Shown here: in pieces, positions 1-10,274 of the stretch
How positions within the stretch are numbered: position 1 is the first letter of the stretch
Layout of the letters: the number at the start of each line of letters is the position of its first letter
NCBI GenBank assembly: GCA_963847185.1
Contig: CAWJYV010000004.1
Span: 1-64,000, forward strand
DNA length: 64,000 nucleotides
Reading direction: 5' to 3'
DNA from: an uncultured Methanosarcinaceae archaeon
GTDB taxonomy: Archaea; Halobacteriota; Methanosarcinia; Methanosarcinales; Methanosarcinaceae
Program-made: the position numbers and the translations under genes
The notes under the pieces: model-generated
What the model was told of the DNA's origin: nothing
The model's database searches: none
What the model saw: only the letters and a program-made list of their open reading frames with translations

Positions 1-174
1 CACTTAATGTAACTAAACCTTATGACAAGGATTCAGTACTTAACCCCACCCGCCAGTACTGAAGGTAGTTATTTCAGTACTGTACAATTCGAGGCTCTCT
101 TTACTTTTTGAAGTACTTATTTAAAGTAGTACCAGAGCATTAATTTGAAATACATACAATGGAAGGAATAAAGC

Positions 175-879
175 TTGAAAATCCACTGCATTCAGCACGT
201 TGAATTCGAAAATCCTGGAACCATTGTTGAATGGATAGAAGAAAGAAAGTACTCTTCATCAACCACTCATTTATATGAGAATGAAAATTTTCCCAAGCCG
301 GAAAATTTCGACCTTCTTATAATAATGGGTGGGCCTATGAACATCTATGAATATGACAAGTATCCCTGGCTGAGAGAAGAAAAAGCATTTATAAAAGAAA
401 CTATCTTTGCAGGAAAAGCAGTACTAGGAATCTGCCTTGGTGCTCAGTTACTTGCCGATGTCCTGAAGGCACAGGTGTTCAAAAATAAATATAAGGAAAT
501 TGGATGGTTTCCAGTGTTTACAGCCAAAAATGAGGAATCGGAAGCCCACCTTCTGGAAGGTATTCCTGAGAAATTTACTGCTTTTCACTGGCATGGAGAT
601 ACCTTCAGCCTGCCTGAAGGCGCAAAGAAACTTTTTGTAAGTGAAGCCTGCGAAAATCAGGGGTTTATTTACAAAGACAGGGTAATTGGGCTCCAGTTTC
701 ATCTGGAAATGAACAACAGAGCAATCGAAAATGTAATTGAAAATTGCAGGAATGAATTGATTGAGGAAAAATACATCAAGAAAGAAAAGGAAATGCTTGA
801 TAAAGACTCATATTTAGAGGAATCAAAGATATTAATTTTCAGGCTACTGGATAATTTTGAAAAAGTAATCAAATATTGA
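175..879 (+). CDS. type 1 glutamine amidotransferase (GMP-synthase-like GATase)
   Basis: MGGPM, GICLGAQ (catalytic Cys) and QFHLE (His-x-Glu) motifs; TTG start. Confidence 0.9.
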   Translation: MKIHCIQHVEFENPGTIVEWIEERKYSSSTTHLYENENFPKPENFDLLIIMGGPMNIYEYDKYPWLREEKAFIKETIFAGKAVLGICLGAQLLADVLKAQVFKNKYKEIGWFPVFTAKNEESEAHLLEGIPEKFTAFHWHGDTFSLPEGAKKLFVSEACENQGFIYKDRVIGLQFHLEMNNRAIENVIENCRNELIEEKYIKKEKEMLDKDSYLEESKILIFRLLDNFEKVIKY

Positions 880-1041
880 CAAAATAAGTATATCATTTAG
901 GAGTTACTCATTTAGTTCTTAGGCTATCGTTTTTGGAAAATTCCAAATATATATATATTAATTTAATGTGTACATAGGGTTACTTAAATAGGACTTACGC
1001 ATTTGCCTGCTTTGCAGGCAACTTTTTACTTTTTTCGATAT

Positions 1042-2028
1042 TTAGGTTAAGGTATAGATTGGCTTTTTTAAAAATTGGCTAACAGCATTTCTTGTAATGT
1101 TCCATTTTGTTTCAAACCATGTAACTCCTGTTTTTATCCTTTGAATTTCAAATCTTAGAAATGCTCTTATTGCCATCATAATATGTGCTCTTTGCACATT
1201 GTTTCTTCTTGCCTGACAGCGTTCTACTCCACAAAACTGTTTTATTCCCCTATGATATTCTTCAATTTTCCAGGCTTTTTTCCCTAACTCTTTCCTTTTT
1301 TCTTCTTTCATATCCAGTACATCTGTAGCCCAGTATTGCGCGTCTCCGTCTTTGGAAACTATCCAAAATATCTTAATAAAGCCATATTCTTTCAGATGAA
1401 CTGTCATTCCTTCTGGTGGAATAGTTAACAATTCAATTGCTACATTACCAGTCTTATCAGGGTTAACTAACCGGTTTTTCTTCAACCTTGTTAACCAGTG
1501 CCATCCTTTTTTCCTGATTTCTTTGAGATTCTTTATGCTTGAATACCATGTATCAAAAAGAACAAATTCTGGTCTAAAACCACGTTCTTCTGCCTTATTT
1601 AGCATGTCAAGGAAGTGATCATTTTTTGTTTTTCCGTCAGTATCTATATCGTAAATTCTAAAGTCAACAGGAATTATAGCATCATTATATGTCCAGACAA
1701 CGGTTTCAAGATTGATTCCATTTACAATCTGATGATGTTTACCACTCCATTGCCTGTAAACAAGATCGATGTGTTTGGAATAAGGTTTATCGAGAACAGT
1801 ATCATCGATAATAAGAAAGCCAGTTTCAGGAATGACAAAAGTCTTGACTTCGTCCCATAAAGCCTCCGTTTCCGGAGGCTGCCTTAGAAGAAGACGAGAA
1901 AAAGAGTCATGAGATGGACTATTAGAGTCTATAAAACTGCACTTAGAAGCCTCAGTACAGCTGAAGACGCGAGAAGAAGCAATGAGAAAGTTGATATAAT
2001 CAAGTTTAGTGCATTTAGCAGGATTTAT
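1042..2028 (-). CDS. IS701-family transposase (about 328 aa, apparent ATA start)
   Basis: Aligns without gaps to copy 2, whose frame is open back to an ATA codon; IIDDTVLDKPY, FDTWY and WKIEEYHRGIKQ motifs. Confidence 0.8.
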   Translation of the reverse strand: MNPAKCTKLDYINFLIASSRVFSCTEASKCSFIDSNSPSHDSFSRLLLRQPPETEALWDEVKTFVIPETGFLIIDDTVLDKPYSKHIDLVYRQWSGKHHQIVNGINLETVVWTYNDAIIPVDFRIYDIDTDGKTKNDHFLDMLNKAEERGFRPEFVLFDTWYSSIKNLKEIRKKGWHWLTRLKKNRLVNPDKTGNVAIELLTIPPEGMTVHLKEYGFIKIFWIVSKDGDAQYWATDVLDMKEEKRKELGKKAWKIEEYHRGIKQFCGVERCQARRNNVQRAHIMMAIRAFLRFEIQRIKTGVTWFETKWNITRNAVSQFLKKPIYTLT

Positions 2029-2031
2029 TTA

Positions 2032-3128
2032 TAGTCTTCAACATAACTTATTACACGTATTAACACCTATCTATTTATATGGTGGGGAAAGAACACATTC
2101 CAATTGATCGGAAGGTAACTCTTGATGAAATCAACTCTTTAATCAAGCATGAAAACAATTCAAGAGTGCTTAAAAGGCTCTATTTTGTAAAATTTAGATT
2201 TTCAGGAGATTCAGTAGAAGAAGCCGTTACTAAAGTTGGAGTTACTAAGAAAACAGGATATTACTGGCAAGATGCCTGGAATAAAGGCGGCTATGCCGCC
2301 TTAATACCAAATTTTGGTGGGGGTAGAAAATCCAAGCTTACCGATGATCAAATAAAAGAGTTAAGAATCTTGCTGGAAAAAAAAGATCATTGGACTACAA
2401 GAGAAGCTTTGGAGTTAATAAAGGAAAAATATGGGGTAGAGTATTCACAGAAACAAGTAGGAGTTATACTGCATAGTTTTAACATGTATCATTCAAAACC
2501 ATATACTCTTGACTACAGAAGACCTAAAAATGCTGAGGAAATTTTAAAAAAAGTTAATAGAAGCAATTCCAGCATATATTGGTCCAGATGATCAATATCT
2601 TATAGGTTTTTTGGATGAATCCTCACCACAAACAAAAGCAAATACGCAACGATTATGGTCATTTAAAAAGCCTTTGATAACAAAAAATACAGATTATATA
2701 AAAGCAAATGCGTTTGCATTCTATTCGATTAATGGTAGAAATCTCATCGATTTTATGGAAAGTTCAAAAGCAGAAAATGTATGTGAATTCCTTGAGAAAA
2801 TTGTGGAACAGAATTTAGGGAAAAGAATAATTCTTGTTCTGGATAATTCAAGGTCACATCATGCTGATAAAACGGTAAGGAAAGCAAGAGAATTAAATAT
2901 AACACTTGTGTTTCTTCCTCCTTATTCACCAGATCTAAATCCTGTAGAATTTGTATGGAAAACGATTAAGAGAGAAGTATCTGTTAGATTTATTCAATCA
3001 AAAGAACATTTAAAAAAGATTATCAAAAATGAATTTATGAAAGTGGAAAACTCATTATCATTTGCAAAGAAATGGATGGAAACATTCAATCCACAAATAA
3101 AAAGTGTAATTTGTTGAGTCAGGAACTA
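2032..3128 (+). mobile_element. IS630-family element
   Basis: TA duplication (2030-2031, 3129-3130); imperfect TIRs TAGT...ACTA; HTH ORF followed by DDE ORF. Confidence 0.85.
2079..3117 (+). CDS. IS630 transposase in two frames (HTH 2079-2591; DDE frame open from about 2551 to 3117)
   Basis: DE...LDN...PPYSPDLNPVE motifs; frames switch at TTTTAAAAAAAG (2542-2553). Confidence 0.85.
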
Positions 3129-3269
3129 TAATTCAACTCAAAGATTTTTTTGATTATATTGCATATATTATATTAAAAGATGTATTTTAATATGATTTAC
3201 AAAAGTGCTTCAACCGCGTAAGTCCTATTAAATATTCAGTCACTGCTACTCTTCTAATTTTCATTTTAC

Positions 3270-3508
3270 CCACATTCCGCAGTATTTTTTTGAAAATCAC
3301 TATTTTTTCTGATAGCGTTTTTGGAACATCTCAAAATAATCTAAACTCAAAATGAAACTCGATGAAAATTGAGTGCTATCTTTTTTTGGCCTCTAAATTC
3401 ATACATACCCACCTTTAATTCCTGCACAAAAGTCCAATAAATTTACGTTAAATTGAAAATCGATAGCAGCAAAAACAGTGATTTTCAAAAAAATACTGCG
3501 GAATGTGG
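3270..3508. mobile_element. MITE, about 240 bp, with 32-bp perfect terminal inverted repeats
   Basis: CCACATTCCGCAGTATTTTTTTGAAAATCACT at 3270 and its reverse complement ending at 3508; no ORF. Confidence 0.8.
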
Positions 3509-4296
3509 AGTACTAAATTAGTTTTGATAGTATACGTTAGGTTATTTACTATCTTATTAAAATATTTCTGAGACTAATTAAATATTTTAATAACTTTTAG
3601 AAAAATGAACATCATAGAGAAGAAAGAGAAATAAACGAACATTGAAGAAGAGAAAGGAGAAATAAAAGTCATTGTTTTCATTTAATTGATCTCAAAAAGA
3701 GTTTGCAAGAGAAATGTATTTTCATAAACCGTTTCCAGGGTATGCTAGCTCCCATGCCAGCCAAAAAAGGAGCCACACCATTATTTTTTTGCACGAATAT
3801 CTCTATCTATCTAAATATCTCTACTTATTTCTCTGTTTCAGGAAATATGCATACTACTTGATCTGCTTTCTGTATTTTTAAGTTAACTCCTCTAATTATA
3901 TTTATGAATAATATTAAATAGCATTGAATATAATAACTAAATCAAATCGATTTTGTTATCGCTTCACTTCAGTAGTGATTTGAGTTCTTGGGTGGGTATT
4001 TTGAACATATTACGGTCTAGTCGCTGCTAGCGGTTGAGGGTATGATAACTTAGTAATGAAATATCTCTTTATTAAATTATATATTTTTCGCTATAATTAA
4101 TTTTGTTGATAATTATATTTTTTATTAAGATCCCGATAAGGTTTATCACGGAAGAATCTTACATCTTTGCAGAATAGCGATTCGATATATTTCAACATAC
4201 GATTCGAGATAGATAATTCGGGAACTTTATAAAAATAAATATAAAAATAAATAAAAACAGGGAGTGGAAGTCAGCTACCGTTATTGGGGGTATCAA

Positions 4297-6726
4297 TTGA
4301 ATAAGCAGCTGAAAGTTTTGTTTATAGGAACCTATGTTCCAAAAGAATGTGGGATTGCCACATTCACTTCTGATCTTTTGCATTCGGTTTTTGGGGAAGA
4401 AAATAACCTTAATTGTGAAGTTATTGCTTTGAATGATCCTTCTGAAACTTATGATTATCCAGAAGAAGTCGTTTTTCAAATCGAGAGAGATAAAATCGAA
4501 GATTACTACCGGGCTGCAGATTTTATAAATCAGTCCGATGCAGACATTGTATGTCTTCAACATGAGTTCGGCATTTTTTGGGGGAATGCCGGGGATTACA
4601 TTTTTGCAACTTTATCAGGAATAAATAAACCTGTAGTAAGCACAATGCATACTGTGATCAGGGATCCTGAACCAGAATACAGGGTGTCTATTGAAAAGCT
4701 CATCCAATATTCCGAAAAACTGGTCGTGATGAGTCAGACTGCAGTTGATATGTTAAAAGACATTTACAAAGCACCTGAAGGAAAAATAGAACTCATATTT
4801 CACGGAATGCCTGACTATCCGTTTAATAACTGTGAGAAATATAGAAAAAGATTGAACCTTAAGGGGTCTCCGGTTATCCTTACTTTTGGCCTGTTAAGTC
4901 AAAATAAAGGTATAGAAAACATTCTCGAAGCTCTTCCTGATGTTGTAGATAAATATCCTGATCTTCTCTACATTATACTCGGTGCTACACATCCTATAAT
5001 AAAAAAGAATTTCGGAGAAACTTACAGGCAATATCTTCAGAACAAGGTATCTGAACTCGGACTTGAGAACAATGTAGTGTTCCATGACAAATTTGTCGAA
5101 AAAGAAGAACTCTGCAATTATATCCTCGCAAGTGATATTTATGCATCTCCCTATCTTTCCAGGGAACAGATAGTTAGCGGGGCTCTTACCTATGCCATAG
5201 GAATGGGAAAAGCAATAGTATCAACTCCTTACTGGTACGCTCAGGAAATGCTTTCCGAGAATCGAGGATTGCTTGTAGATTTCGGAGACATGGAAGGCTT
5301 CAAGAATTCTCTATTATACTTAACTGAAAATCCAGAAGAGTGTGATGAAATGCGCAGGAAGGCATACGATTTCGGCAGAAAAATGACCTGGAAAAATGTA
5401 GGCAAAGAATATAATAAGGTTTTCGGCAAGGCTCTAAAGCATTACAATGCTTATCCCGGAATACAAAACAGGTTTAATTTCCTTCCAAACCAACTGCCTG
5501 AAATTAAACTTGATTATCTTAAGTTATTGACCGATGATGTAGGGATTATCCAGCATACCAATCTTGGTGTACCTGCTCGCCATTACGGGTATAGTACCGA
5601 TGATGTCGGGAGAGCTCTTGTTGCATTAACACAGCTGATAGACAGTCAGAAGAAAGCCGACGAGCAATGGAAATTAATTACCACATACATGAGCTTTCTT
5701 GAACATGCCCAGACTGATACGGGACATTTTCATAACTTTATGAGTTATAAACGGGAATTTCTGGATGATAAAGGCAGTGAAGACACTCTCGGTCGTGTTG
5801 TATACGGGCTAGGAAATGTAGTAAGCTGTCCTTACCTTTCAAAAAACATACGTACACTTGCACATACTCTTCTCAGCAGGTCCGAACCCGAAATGGAAAA
5901 AATAAGCTACCCAAGGGCGAGAGCTTATACAATGTGCGGTTTGTATGAGATACTCAAAGCAGGTGTGAATATAGACGAATTTGAATCTATTTTCATTTCC
6001 CGCAGGGATGCTGTCAAATCCATAGATTCTCTTGTAGACAGGGATACCTTTGAATCCGTTTTCATCAACCACGCAAATGCTCTGGTCAACCTCTACGAAG
6101 CTAATCATAAAGAAGACTGGAACTGGTTTGAACCCACAATTACCTACAGCAATGCAAAATTAAGTGAAGCCCTTTTACTGGCGTATAATTACACAAAAGA
6201 CAGAGTCTACAGGAAAATTGGTCTTTCTACTCTGAATTTCCTTACTGAGATTCAATGGAAAGGGGACTTTTTTGACATAGTTGGAAATCATGGCTGGTAT
6301 TCCTACTCCGGAGAAAAACCCATTTTTGATCAGCAGCCAATAGAAGCAGGTTACCTGACTCAAGCTTATGTTTCAGCTTATGAAATTGTCAGGGACAGAA
6401 AATATCTGGAACTTGCAAAGTACTCTTTTGAATACTTCCTCGGAAGAAATCGCTTAAAGGCTCCTATGTATGATTACTCAACAGGTGCAGTTTATGATGG
6501 GCTCAACCCCGATGGGATAAATTGCAACCAGGGAGCAGAGTCCGTAATTTGCTTCTTGATGGCATTGGGCTCTTTAAAGAAATGCACGGACGCAACCGTC
6601 AATACGGCATTCCGGTCCAGAGTAAAAGACAGCGTTGTAAATGATAGTGTTGTAAATGACGGAGTTCTGGAAGAAGAAAAAGAACCTGCTATCTTCAAAT
6701 CTGGTGGGGTGAGGGGAATAAGATGA
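4297..6726 (+). CDS. GT4 (GT-B) glycosyltransferase with C-terminal alpha/alpha-barrel-like domain
   Basis: TYVPKECGIATF, QHEFGIF, FGLLSQNKGIE, SGALTYA; C-terminal YSTDD, FDQQPIEA, NQGAES; TTG at 4297 follows GGGGG RBS. Confidence 0.85.
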   Translation: MNKQLKVLFIGTYVPKECGIATFTSDLLHSVFGEENNLNCEVIALNDPSETYDYPEEVVFQIERDKIEDYYRAADFINQSDADIVCLQHEFGIFWGNAGDYIFATLSGINKPVVSTMHTVIRDPEPEYRVSIEKLIQYSEKLVVMSQTAVDMLKDIYKAPEGKIELIFHGMPDYPFNNCEKYRKRLNLKGSPVILTFGLLSQNKGIENILEALPDVVDKYPDLLYIILGATHPIIKKNFGETYRQYLQNKVSELGLENNVVFHDKFVEKEELCNYILASDIYASPYLSREQIVSGALTYAIGMGKAIVSTPYWYAQEMLSENRGLLVDFGDMEGFKNSLLYLTENPEECDEMRRKAYDFGRKMTWKNVGKEYNKVFGKALKHYNAYPGIQNRFNFLPNQLPEIKLDYLKLLTDDVGIIQHTNLGVPARHYGYSTDDVGRALVALTQLIDSQKKADEQWKLITTYMSFLEHAQTDTGHFHNFMSYKREFLDDKGSEDTLGRVVYGLGNVVSCPYLSKNIRTLAHTLLSRSEPEMEKISYPRARAYTMCGLYEILKAGVNIDEFESIFISRRDAVKSIDSLVDRDTFESVFINHANALVNLYEANHKEDWNWFEPTITYSNAKLSEALLLAYNYTKDRVYRKIGLSTLNFLTEIQWKGDFFDIVGNHGWYSYSGEKPIFDQQPIEAGYLTQAYVSAYEIVRDRKYLELAKYSFEYFLGRNRLKAPMYDYSTGAVYDGLNPDGINCNQGAESVICFLMALGSLKKCTDATVNTAFRSRVKDSVVNDSVVNDGVLEEEKEPAIFKSGGVRGIR

Positions 6727-7757
6727 TCTGGAAAGACCATGGAGAGCTGTTCCTGAGATGTAAAAAAAATCCTATACTTACCGTGGAAGATTGGCCCTAC
6801 CAGGCTAACTCAGTGTTCAACCCTGCAGCAACTATAGTCAACGACACGACTTTATTGCTGGTACGGGTTGAAGATCATCGAGGCTTTTCTCACTTTACCA
6901 TAGCTAAAAGTAAGAATGGAATCGATGGCTGGGAGATTGACAGTGAACCAACGTTTTTTCCGGATCCTGTAAACTATCCTGAAGAGATATACGGCATTGA
7001 AGACCCGCGTATAACTTACATAGATGATATGGAAAAATGGGCTGTAGCATATACGGCTTTTTCGGACTCAGGTCCTTTGACTTCTCTTGCCTTTACGGAA
7101 GATTTTCGGAATTTTGAGAGAATAGGAGCCACCATGCCACCTGAAAATAAAGATTCTGCTATCTTTCCTGTAAGATTCAATGGCAAGTGGGCAATGCTTC
7201 ATAGACCTGTATCCAGTATGGCGGGTGTAAAGGCAAATATCTGGATATCTTTTTCTCCGGACATGAAATATTGGGGAGACCATGAGGTTCTTCTGTATGC
7301 CAGAGAAGGAGGATGGTGGGATGCTCGAAAGATAGGTCTATCCCCACAACCTCTCCGCATATCTGACGGCTGGCTGATTATGTATCACGGAGTACGCCAG
7401 ACAACATCTAAAGCAAGTTATCGGCTTGGAATGGCTCTCCTCGATCCCGATGATCCAAGGAAGGTCCTCCACAGGTCAGAAGGATGGGTTTTTGGACCTC
7501 GTGAGATGTATGAGCGCAGTGGAGATGTTAATGATGTTGTTTTTCCATGTGGATGGGTTTTGGTAAAAGATGAAATCCGTATTTACTATGGGAGCGCGGA
7601 TACTTCAGTATCAATGGCTAGTGCAAAAGTTAACGATGTTCTTCGGTATATTCATAGCTGTCCTGAGGAACAATGTCCTGATGAATATTGCAGATGGTTT
7701 GAGCAAAAAGTGGAAACTTCTGAGGACCCAAAAAAAGGTAGTTCTAAATTAAGATGA
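6723..7757 (+). CDS. GH130-family glycosidase / mannoside phosphorylase
   Basis: NPIL, VFNPAA, GIEDPRI, ENKD, LHRP, YHGV, VVFPCG, YYGSAD; ATGA overlap with the upstream gene. Confidence 0.88.
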   Translation: MIWKDHGELFLRCKKNPILTVEDWPYQANSVFNPAATIVNDTTLLLVRVEDHRGFSHFTIAKSKNGIDGWEIDSEPTFFPDPVNYPEEIYGIEDPRITYIDDMEKWAVAYTAFSDSGPLTSLAFTEDFRNFERIGATMPPENKDSAIFPVRFNGKWAMLHRPVSSMAGVKANIWISFSPDMKYWGDHEVLLYAREGGWWDARKIGLSPQPLRISDGWLIMYHGVRQTTSKASYRLGMALLDPDDPRKVLHRSEGWVFGPREMYERSGDVNDVVFPCGWVLVKDEIRIYYGSADTSVSMASAKVNDVLRYIHSCPEEQCPDEYCRWFEQKVETSEDPKKGSSKLR

Positions 7758-7878
7758 TAAAACAACATTCTGAAATTCGGAGTTAAGATACTAAAATAGA
7801 GCTCAAAAGTTCTGGATTAAAATGAGATAAGTATAACTAAAAACTAAATTTGGGGTGGATCGTTTTGGGGGTATTAGA

Positions 7879-9231
7879 ATAAGAATTGCAATGTTATCGC
7901 CTATTGCATGGAGTACTCCACCGAAAAAATATGGGCCGTGGGAGTACATAGTATCTTTATTAACAGAAGGACTGGTAAAAAGGGGTATTGATGTTACACT
8001 GTTTGCGACAGCGGATTCGCATACATTAGCCAAACTTCATGCAGTAGCTCCAAGACCCTATGAAGAAGATAAAAATATGATCGTAAAGGTGTACGAGGGC
8101 CTGCACATATCAGATGTTTTTGAGAGAGCAAATGAGTTTGACATAATACACAACCATTTTGATTATCTCCCTCTTACCTACAGTGGACTTATTGATACCC
8201 CTGTTGTAACAACTATCCATGGGATTTCTTCGAGGAAAATCCTGCCTGTTTATAAAAAATATAATAATAGAACTTTCTATGTGTCCATAAGTGATGCTTA
8301 CAGATGTCGTGATCTGGACTATATAGCAACTGTTCGGCACGGAATCGAAATAGAAAAGTTTCATTTTAATGAAAAGCCACAAGATTATCTCCTTTTTTTA
8401 TCGCGCATACACAAAGACAAAGGAGCAAAAGAAGCAATAGAAGTTGCCAAAAAAACAGGGAAAAAGCTTAGAATGGCCGGCTTTATTGCGGATCAGGACT
8501 ATTTTGAAAAAGAAGTCAAGCCCCATATAGACAACGAACAGATAATTTATGACGGGCATGTCGATCCAGAGCTCAAAAAGAAACTTCTGTCAAATGCATG
8601 TGCTTTGTTGCACATGATAAACTATGAGGAGGCTTTCGGGCTTGGGGTTGTTGAATCTATGGCCAGCGGCACCCCGGTTATTGCAATGAGCAGGGGTTCC
8701 ATGCCTGAGCTGATAAGAGATGGTGAGACCGGATTTCTCGTCAACAGTGTTTCTGAAGCTGCAGAGGCTGTTCAGAAAATTTACTCTATTTCCCGCAAGA
8801 GATGCAGGGAAAGTGTAGAAAAAGAATTTTCTGTTGACAGGATGGTAGACGATTACATTAAAGTTTATGAGACTATTCTGGAAAAATGCAAGCGTGAATC
8901 CGAAAGACCCTGGGGATTCTATAAAGTGCTTATGCAGAAGCCAGGATATAAAGTCAAAATCCTTACTGTTCTACCTGGAGAGGAAATTTCACTTCAGCGC
9001 CATTCCCATAGAAATGAACACTGGTACATAGTCAGTGGAGAAGGGCTTATAACTAAAAACAAAAGCCAAATCAGGGTCCTTCCAGGAGATTCGGCCGATT
9101 TTCCGGCAAAGGAGATACATCGAGTCAGAAACATAGGGGGTCAAAATCTCATTTTCATTGAAATTGCGCAGGGCGATTATCTGGGGGAAGATGATATAGA
9201 AAGACTTGAGGATAAATACGGAAGAGTATAA
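7879..9231 (+). CDS. GT4 glycosyltransferase fused to a C-terminal mannose-6-phosphate-isomerase type II-like cupin
   Basis: PPKKYGPWE and EAFGLGVVESMASGTPV; C-terminal RPWG...SLQRHSHRNEHW...IEIAQGDYLGEDDIERLEDKYGR; start uncertain (7855 GTG, 7879 ATA or 7891 ATG). Confidence 0.85.
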   Translation: MRIAMLSPIAWSTPPKKYGPWEYIVSLLTEGLVKRGIDVTLFATADSHTLAKLHAVAPRPYEEDKNMIVKVYEGLHISDVFERANEFDIIHNHFDYLPLTYSGLIDTPVVTTIHGISSRKILPVYKKYNNRTFYVSISDAYRCRDLDYIATVRHGIEIEKFHFNEKPQDYLLFLSRIHKDKGAKEAIEVAKKTGKKLRMAGFIADQDYFEKEVKPHIDNEQIIYDGHVDPELKKKLLSNACALLHMINYEEAFGLGVVESMASGTPVIAMSRGSMPELIRDGETGFLVNSVSEAAEAVQKIYSISRKRCRESVEKEFSVDRMVDDYIKVYETILEKCKRESERPWGFYKVLMQKPGYKVKILTVLPGEEISLQRHSHRNEHWYIVSGEGLITKNKSQIRVLPGDSADFPAKEIHRVRNIGGQNLIFIEIAQGDYLGEDDIERLEDKYGRV

Positions 9232-9394
9232 ATGGATTTATCGATGTAGGCGGATTTATCGAAATTAGGCGGAAAATATAAACAACATGTGTCAAGGTTA
9301 ATTGTTTATTACTATATAGGGGCATATTCTCAATGCATAGATATGTCGATTAACTATATATGGTGGAAAAACTTAGTATGTGTATCAAAAAACA

Positions 9395-9477
9395 TTAGCC
9401 CGTTACCAATCTCTACACACCTTTGAACGACCCAGAATCTCTTCCTCGAAAAGCCTTTTTCTGCGGTAACGGGTTAA
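9395..9477. repeat. short element with 13-bp inverted ends (mini-MITE or hairpin)
   Basis: TTAGCCCGTTACC ... GGTAACGGGTTAA (one mismatch). Confidence 0.6.
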
Positions 9478-9587
9478 ATAAATTTTTTCGTCTTTAATTA
9501 CCTTAAAGCTTCAAAAATAGCCTTCAAGGTCACTTCTCCAGGATATTTCTGTCAAATCCGTTCAAAGTTGATGCTCAACCATTCTAT

Positions 9588-9941
9588 TCAGGCAGGACAT
9601 TCTGAGCCTTCGTAGGATTTCCTGACCCGTGCCGCGATTTCCTCGCCAAGTCTTTCTGAGGTATTTTCTATAAAAAGGACTATGTAATTAGGAGGTACGC
9701 ATCCAAGGCTTTCTTCTCCTGATAAAATAAGCCTTACAAGGTACTCAAAGTCGTACAGGGATAGCAACTTGATCCTTCTAAGGAAATCGGCTTCATCTTT
9801 TGAATAATGATTTGCAAGGGGGGGAAGTATGGAACGATAAGGGACTCCTGAGCCTGAACACAGAATGTCTTCACATTCAGGAGCAACTACTTTAAGAATT
9901 TTAAGGTCTGTCTCTGAAAGTATTCTTGCCATGATTGTCAC
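9588..9941 (-). CDS. hypothetical protein
   Basis: 117-aa ORF; GAGGTG RBS suggests the ATG at 9932 is the real start. Confidence 0.7.
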   Translation of the reverse strand: MTIMARILSETDLKILKVVAPECEDILCSGSGVPYRSILPPLANHYSKDEADFLRRIKLLSLYDFEYLVRLILSGEESLGCVPPNYIVLFIENTSERLGEEIAARVRKSYEGSECPA

Positions 9942-10274
9942 CTCTGCGGGAAAGAAGTAAATAAAGTACTAAGGTCTTTCCTGAACCAGGGATTCTGCTT
10001 CCTGCCAGGATATTCTGCTTTTCTGCTATTTAGTGATAAGTATGAAGGCTAAATATTCTTTTTCCTGAATGAAGGCTTACGATGTTTATTAAAAACGTTG
10101 TAGGTGGGAAAAGCGTTGCAGGTAGTAGAGCCAGAGAAGTTAAATTCTGAGGAATGCCGAAGAATTCAAAACCATTCTTCGGCTTCCCTTCATTTCAACA
10201 ATAGAAGCTCATCTTATCTATTATAAGCCTGCTAAGGTTTTCTGTTACATTTCCATCTATTCAGTTCCGGTCTC

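Larger units (their letters stand above)
989..3227 (-). mobile_element. IS701-family element (1140 bp) interrupted by an IS630 insertion
   Basis: TIRs TAGGACTTACGC / GCGTAAGTCCTA; 5-bp TSD TTAAA (984-988, 3228-3232); collinear with the copy at 22523-23662. Confidence 0.9.

Noticed and set aside
32-118. four AGTACT palindromes and a 10-bp hairpin
   Set aside because: Could be a terminator or operator, but the upstream context is outside the window.
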